From Christensenellaceae bacterium (GTDB lineage: Bacteria > Bacillota > Clostridia > Christensenellales > Borkfalkiaceae), in NCBI GenBank assembly GCA_045593005.1, contig JAZNVV010000038.1, positions 1,652 to 65,651 on the forward strand: 64,000 bases of DNA, in the 5' to 3' direction. The position numbers and the translations under genes were made by a program. This document shows, piece by piece, positions 59,855 through 64,000 of this stretch (position 1 is the stretch's first letter; each line of letters begins with the position of its first letter). Under the pieces are notes generated by a model, which worked only from the letters and a program-made list of their open reading frames with translations, made no database searches and was not told where the DNA came from.

Positions 59855-60556
59855 TTAAGCTTTTATTTTATATCTTAAGTGAGTTGAACCAGAAATTGTA
59901 GGCGACGTAGACAAAAGCTCAAGTTCGCTATATTCCCCGTTATGAAATAAGGGCAAACTATCTTTATCCCCTAATACGGGTACGACAATAAGACTTAATT
60001 CATCTATAACACCTGCACGCAAAAACGCACCGTTTATAATACTTCCACCTTCAAGCAATAGTAGTTTTATTTTGAAGTATTTATACAGTTTTTCAACTGC
60101 AACCTTAATATCAACGTCTTCTTTCCCAGCAAAAATATACGACACGCCAACATCTTTTAAATACGCTAAATATTCGTCACGGACGTTTTCCGACAACACT
60201 TCGATAATATGTGCATTATCGTAACCGACGTCTTCGTCGTGAATTTTACTATCTACCCAACCTACTACGCCCTTCCTATCAAACGAAACAGCAAAAAATT
60301 TCGCATTCTTGTCGGCAACATAGTCAGTTCTAACAACTTTTTTGCCTTTATACGGTGTTAAATCAGGTCTGTAACTACCTGTAAAACTACTTTCCATAGT
60401 AATTCTTCCACAAGCGTACGCATCTGGTTTTAAATTTCTATTAATTTCATAATAACGGTCACACGCAGTAGCGCAAGGGGTTTTGCTTAAAAAATCTCCT
60501 GTAACTTTGCCATCGATTGAAATTAACATATGACATATTATATACGGCCTATTCAT
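59855..60556 (-). CDS. RibD C-terminal domain / dihydrofolate reductase-like family protein
   Basis: MNRPYIICHMLISIDGKVTG... and ...LLLEGGSIINGAFL. Start chosen at the ATG overlapping the upstream stop (ATGAATAG); the track ORF extends to 60583. Confidence 0.7.
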   Translation of the reverse strand: MNRPYIICHMLISIDGKVTGDFLSKTPCATACDRYYEINRNLKPDAYACGRITMESSFTGSYRPDLTPYKGKKVVRTDYVADKNAKFFAVSFDRKGVVGWVDSKIHDEDVGYDNAHIIEVLSENVRDEYLAYLKDVGVSYIFAGKEDVDIKVAVEKLYKYFKIKLLLLEGGSIINGAFLRAGVIDELSLIVVPVLGDKDSLPLFHNGEYSELELLSTSPTISGSTHLRYKIKA

Positions 60557-60767
60557 TTTTATTACCATCTTTCTTTTTCTCATCAGATTGCTTTACACAG
60601 TCTGGAATATATCTTCCGTTCTTCTTGTGTTGCTTTACACACTCGGTCAATAAATATTCAATTTGACCATTTACTGAACGAAAGTCTGCTTCTGCCCAAG
60701 ATAAAATATCAGCATAAAGCTTTTCGGATAAGCGTAAAGGAATTTGCTTTTTAACGTTCGTAGCCAT
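60549..60767 (-). CDS. Arc/MetJ-type ribbon-helix-helix DNA-binding protein
   Basis: 72 aa. KKQIPLRLSEKLYADILSWAEADFRSVNGQIEYLL fits the beta-strand, helix, helix pattern of RHH. The start overlaps the SPFH stop (TAATG). Confidence 0.6.
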   Translation of the reverse strand: MATNVKKQIPLRLSEKLYADILSWAEADFRSVNGQIEYLLTECVKQHKKNGRYIPDCVKQSDEKKKDGNKNE

Positions 60768-61789
60768 TAATATATGTTACCTGAATTTACTACTGGTTGA
60801 GCATCACGATTGCCACAAAGAACAACTAAAAGATTTGATACCATTTGTGCTTTTCTTTCTTCGTCAAGTTCAACAACTTGATTTTGAGAAAGTCTATCAA
60901 GAGCCATTTCAACCATACCAACTGCACCGTCGACAATCATTTTTCTCGCGTCGATTATTGCAGATGCTTGCTGACGTTGTAACATTACTGCAGCAATTTC
61001 AGGCGCATAAGCAAGATACGTAATACGTGCTTCTACTATTTCAATACCAGCTTCTTCTACGCGTGACTGAATTTCTTCCTTAATTCTTTGCGCAACGATT
61101 TCAGACGAACCCCTTAAAGAACCTTCGTCAGCGATACCGTCGCCAGTAGTATCAACGCCAGGAGCAACGTCGTAAGGATATACCCTAACGATATTCCTTA
61201 ACGCGCTATCGCATTGTAAAGATAAATATTCCTTAAAATTATCTACGTTAAACACAGCTTTTGCTGTATCAATAACCTTCCACATAACTGCAATACCGAT
61301 TTCAACTGGGTTTCCAAGACAGTCGTTTACCTTTTGTCTATTATTGTTAAGTGTCATAATTTTAAGTGAAATTTTATTGCTCGCCATTGAAATGTCCAAT
61401 TTTTCATCACTTGATAAAGCCGACGCTAAAAGCCCTGCCGGTTTAGTATTTACGTCGCCACTTTGTTTAAGTTTAGTTTTTGACGCTGGGTTGAAACTTA
61501 CAGCAAAAGGATTTACCCAGTAAAAGCCTTCGCCTTTAAGAGTACCCAAATACTTACCAAATAAAGTCAAAACGAGCGCTTCACGTGGTTTTAAAACCTT
61601 TAACCCAGGCAATATAATTATAGATATTGCAAGGACGGCAATCCCTACGAAAAGTAAATAAGGGATTTCGCCGTCTTCTGCGTTAATACCACCGATAATA
61701 CAAAGAGCAATAGAAAGCACAATGCCAACGATTGATAATAATAAAACTATCATACCGTTCTTTTTATTTGTTAAAATTTTTTCTTCCAT
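60767..61789 (-). CDS. SPFH/Band 7 (stomatin-like) membrane protein
   Basis: 340 aa. Two N-terminal TM helices, then ...PREALVLTLFGKY.GT....GF.W.NPF... and the C-terminal coiled region AAVMLQRQQASAIIDAR. Confidence 0.75.
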   Translation of the reverse strand: MEEKILTNKKNGMIVLLLSIVGIVLSIALCIIGGINAEDGEIPYLLFVGIAVLAISIIILPGLKVLKPREALVLTLFGKYLGTLKGEGFYWVNPFAVSFNPASKTKLKQSGDVNTKPAGLLASALSSDEKLDISMASNKISLKIMTLNNNRQKVNDCLGNPVEIGIAVMWKVIDTAKAVFNVDNFKEYLSLQCDSALRNIVRVYPYDVAPGVDTTGDGIADEGSLRGSSEIVAQRIKEEIQSRVEEAGIEIVEARITYLAYAPEIAAVMLQRQQASAIIDARKMIVDGAVGMVEMALDRLSQNQVVELDEERKAQMVSNLLVVLCGNRDAQPVVNSGNIY

Positions 61790-61881
61790 AATAATCTCCT
61801 TTATAATTAATTATTTTGATATTAAAATGATATCATATATAATTTTATATGTCAATGTAACATTTAACTTTTTTGCAAAAA

Positions 61882-61904
61882 AAAGCACCTATTTTAGGTG
61901 CTTT
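61882..61904 (-). terminator. Intrinsic terminator after the cyclophilin-like gene
   Basis: Hairpin aaagcacct-aaaat-aggtgcttt followed by a T-run on the minus strand. Confidence 0.75.
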
Positions 61905-61909
61905 TGGTT

Positions 61910-62779
61910 TTAGTCAATATTGATACTTGTTAAAACAATACGGTTTTCAGCTTTAGGAACTGTAATTTTTGTAGCCTTATATTTGATTGATTTATAAACG
62001 CTACCATTATCTTCGTTTTCTGGATTAATAACGTCATATCGTGTTGACACAACGTCTCCACTAACAGTTTCTTCTATCGTATAAACGCCGTCTTCGACCA
62101 TATCGTCATAATCGGCTTTAGTTAAAATAACTTGTTCAACTGCATTGCCGTTTTTGATATAGAACACGTAATATTCTTCAGCATCAGACCAAATTTCATC
62201 ATTAGAATCGATAAGGTCAAAAAGGTCGTTCTTTGAATCTTCATCAAACACGCCAAATACGGCAACTGTCGTGCCATCTGATTGAGCATCACTAAATTTG
62301 CCACTTGTTGTAGGAATTACGATATTGCCACAAGAACCGGTGTTAAAACCACTATAATCAAGTGAAGAACCAGCATCCCACCAACGCCATACGCACATGT
62401 TGCCCTTGTTTGCTTTAAGGTTAGAACCTACTACGCCGCCTTTTGGGAATTCACCTTTGATAGTAGGGACTTCAGCATTTGAAATGATTTTGCCGCTTTG
62501 GTCAAACTTATATTGTCCAAACATTACGACACCACCTTCAAGTTCTGACATATACATAAACACGTTGTTGAAATAACCGTCTTCAGTAAGGTCTACAAAC
62601 TGGTCGACGCTTTCTTCTGCCAAATGTCTGTAAAGCGTATATTTTACAGTAACCGTTTTGTCGTTACCGACCTTAAAATTAAGCTTAACGTCTACTAAAT
62701 CTTCACCACAAGCAGTGAACGATAAGCAAGATACGATAAGCATTATTGCCATTAATATTGTTGAAAGTATCTTCTTCAT
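61910..62779 (-). CDS. Lipoprotein, divergent cyclophilin-type peptidyl-prolyl isomerase-like
   Basis: 289 aa. Lipobox SFTAC. ...ESVDQFVDLTEDGYFNNVF... resembles the cyclophilin N-terminal strand-helix. Weak call. Confidence 0.4.
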   Translation of the reverse strand: MKKILSTILMAIMLIVSCLSFTACGEDLVDVKLNFKVGNDKTVTVKYTLYRHLAEESVDQFVDLTEDGYFNNVFMYMSELEGGVVMFGQYKFDQSGKIISNAEVPTIKGEFPKGGVVGSNLKANKGNMCVWRWWDAGSSLDYSGFNTGSCGNIVIPTTSGKFSDAQSDGTTVAVFGVFDEDSKNDLFDLIDSNDEIWSDAEEYYVFYIKNGNAVEQVILTKADYDDMVEDGVYTIEETVSGDVVSTRYDVINPENEDNGSVYKSIKYKATKITVPKAENRIVLTSINID

Positions 62780-62977
62780 ATTTACTCCATTATAAATATT
62801 TAAATTTTGCTATTATATTTTACTAAAAAAAGGAAGTATTGTCAATGTATATTTTAACATTTTTACATATGCAAAACTTGTTTTAACTGTTTTTAGACGT
62901 AAAAATTTATTTTTTGACAATATTTTTTTATCTGCAACAACATAATACTACTAACTTGCAAACTTTTTGTGGACTGA

Positions 62978-62993
62978 TTTCACACAACCGTTG
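62978..62993 (-). repeat. Dispersed 16-nt motif copy 5 (CAACGGTTGTGTGAAA on the minus strand)
   Basis: Intergenic, 30 nt beyond the rplL terminator. Matches copy 2 at 15 of 16 positions. Confidence 0.55.
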
Positions 62994-63023
62994 ATGTAAA
63001 AGTCAACCATATTAAACAAAAAA

Positions 63024-63047
63024 AAGAGAGTGGATAACCACTCTCTT
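63024..63047 (-). terminator. Intrinsic terminator after rplL
   Basis: Hairpin aagagagtgg-ttat-ccactctctt followed by a T-run on the minus strand. Confidence 0.85.
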
Positions 63048-63071
63048 TTTAATCGATTAATTATATAAAAA

Positions 63072-63437
63072 TTAGTCGATAGCAGCTTCAGCGCCAACAG
63101 CCTTTAATGCTTCAGCAATCTTGTCTGCTTCTTCTTTAGTAGCGCTTTCTTTGATTACGCCCTTTTCTTCAACAAGCTTCTTAGCTTCAACAAGACCTAA
63201 ACCTGTGAATTCACGAACTGCTTTGATAACTGCGATCTTGTTTGCGCCAGCATCCTTTAATGATACCTTGAATTCTGTCTTTTCTTCTGCTGCAGGAGCG
63301 TCAGCTGCTACTGCTGCTACAGCTACAGGAGCTGCTGCACTTACACCGAATTCTTCTTCAATTGCTTTTACTAAGTCGTTGAGTTCAACAACTGTCATAC
63401 CTTTGATTTCTTCAATCATCTTTGCGATATCTGCCAT
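63072..63437 (-). CDS. rplL: 50S ribosomal protein L7/L12
   Basis: 121 aa. Ala-rich hinge and the C-terminal domain [18 protein letters not shown]. Confidence 0.97.
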   Translation of the reverse strand: MADIAKMIEEIKGMTVVELNDLVKAIEEEFGVSAAAPVAVAAVAADAPAAEEKTEFKVSLKDAGANKIAVIKAVREFTGLGLVEAKKLVEEKGVIKESATKEEADKIAEALKAVGAEAAID

Positions 63438-63486
63438 TTTAATTTCCTCCGATTAATTACTAAATAAATTTTGTAGCTCTATTTTA

Positions 63487-63987
63487 TTAAGCCTGAGCTT
63501 CAGCCATTTTGTCTGCAACAGCTTTAATAGCAACTGCAAGACCTCTCGTAAAGTTGGATAACGTACCTGCGAGCATAGAGTAAAGTTCTGGTTTGCTTGG
63601 AATAGCAGCGTACTTTTTAACGCCCTTTTCATCTGCATACTTGCCATCAATGTAACCACTCTTAACAGCTACTTTATCAGCGTATTTTTTTGCAGCCTCT
63701 GCCACGAGTTTAGGTGCATCCGTTTCTTCCTTACCGAATGCTACGGCAGTAGGTCCGTTTAAGTCGTTATCAAGATCACTTACACCGATTGAATTGAAAG
63801 CCTTTCTTACTAAAGTGTTTTTATAAACCTTGTATTCAATGTCATTCTTTCTGAATTCGTTTCTGATAGCAGTATCTTCTGCAACGGTTAAACCAGCGAA
63901 TGATACGAGTACAACAGACTTTGAATTCTGAATCTTTTCAGTAATATCTGCAACAACTTGTTTTTTGAGTTCAATGTTTGCTGACAC
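63487..63987 (-). CDS. rplJ: 50S ribosomal protein L10 (GTG start)
   Basis: 166 aa. GGAGG SD 8 nt upstream of the GTG start. Upstream of rplL. Confidence 0.95.
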   Translation of the reverse strand: MSANIELKKQVVADITEKIQNSKSVVLVSFAGLTVAEDTAIRNEFRKNDIEYKVYKNTLVRKAFNSIGVSDLDNDLNGPTAVAFGKEETDAPKLVAEAAKKYADKVAVKSGYIDGKYADEKGVKKYAAIPSKPELYSMLAGTLSNFTRGLAVAIKAVADKMAEAQA

Positions 63988-64000
63988 TTGTTTTACCTCC

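Overview
AT-rich chromosomal segment that looks like a low-GC Bacillota (Clostridia-like) genome. It is almost entirely core housekeeping, and about 85% of genes are on the minus strand. Main blocks: pth-mfd and prs (1-4.8 kb), where mfd is cut by the window edge and missing from the ORF track; tadA, rlmH and guaB (4.9-9.1 kb); divergent glnS/glyQS (11.3-14.6 kb); a patch of lipoprotein, peptidase and LRR surface genes (17-21.6 kb); hup and zupT; the complete S10-spc-alpha ribosomal protein superoperon rpsJ to rplQ (38.8 down to 23.0 kb), including rpmJ, which is too short for the ORF track; a zinc-ribbon/DUF1858/SPFH cluster (39.3-41.7 kb); tRNA-Gly(CCC) and tRNA-Leu(CAG); pnuC, ybaK, a pncA-like gene and gdhA; the rpsB-tsf-pyrH-frr-uppS-cdsA-dxr-rseP block (54.5 down to 47.5 kb); ruvX/DUF1292, a cysteine desulfurase, a second SPFH operon, and rplJ-rplL. 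I found no transposase, integrase, phage, cas or recognisable defence genes. Three non-coding signals are worth a second look. (1) A 3.1-copy tandem array of a 123-124 nt hairpin-rich unit lies between rseP and gdhA (47083-47463). (2) A 16-nt motif, YAACGGTWGYGYRAAA, occurs five times, always intergenic and usually next to intrinsic terminators; one copy forms a hairpin between the only SD-like sequence and the dxr start codon. (3) Several unusually long, hairpin-dense spacers sit inside the ribosomal protein superoperon. At the protein level there are two SPFH modules, a Cys4 and lysine-tailed L24, an expanded L17 and a Cys/His-tailed DUF1292. Every functional call comes from reading the translated sequence and recognising motifs. 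No database search was run.
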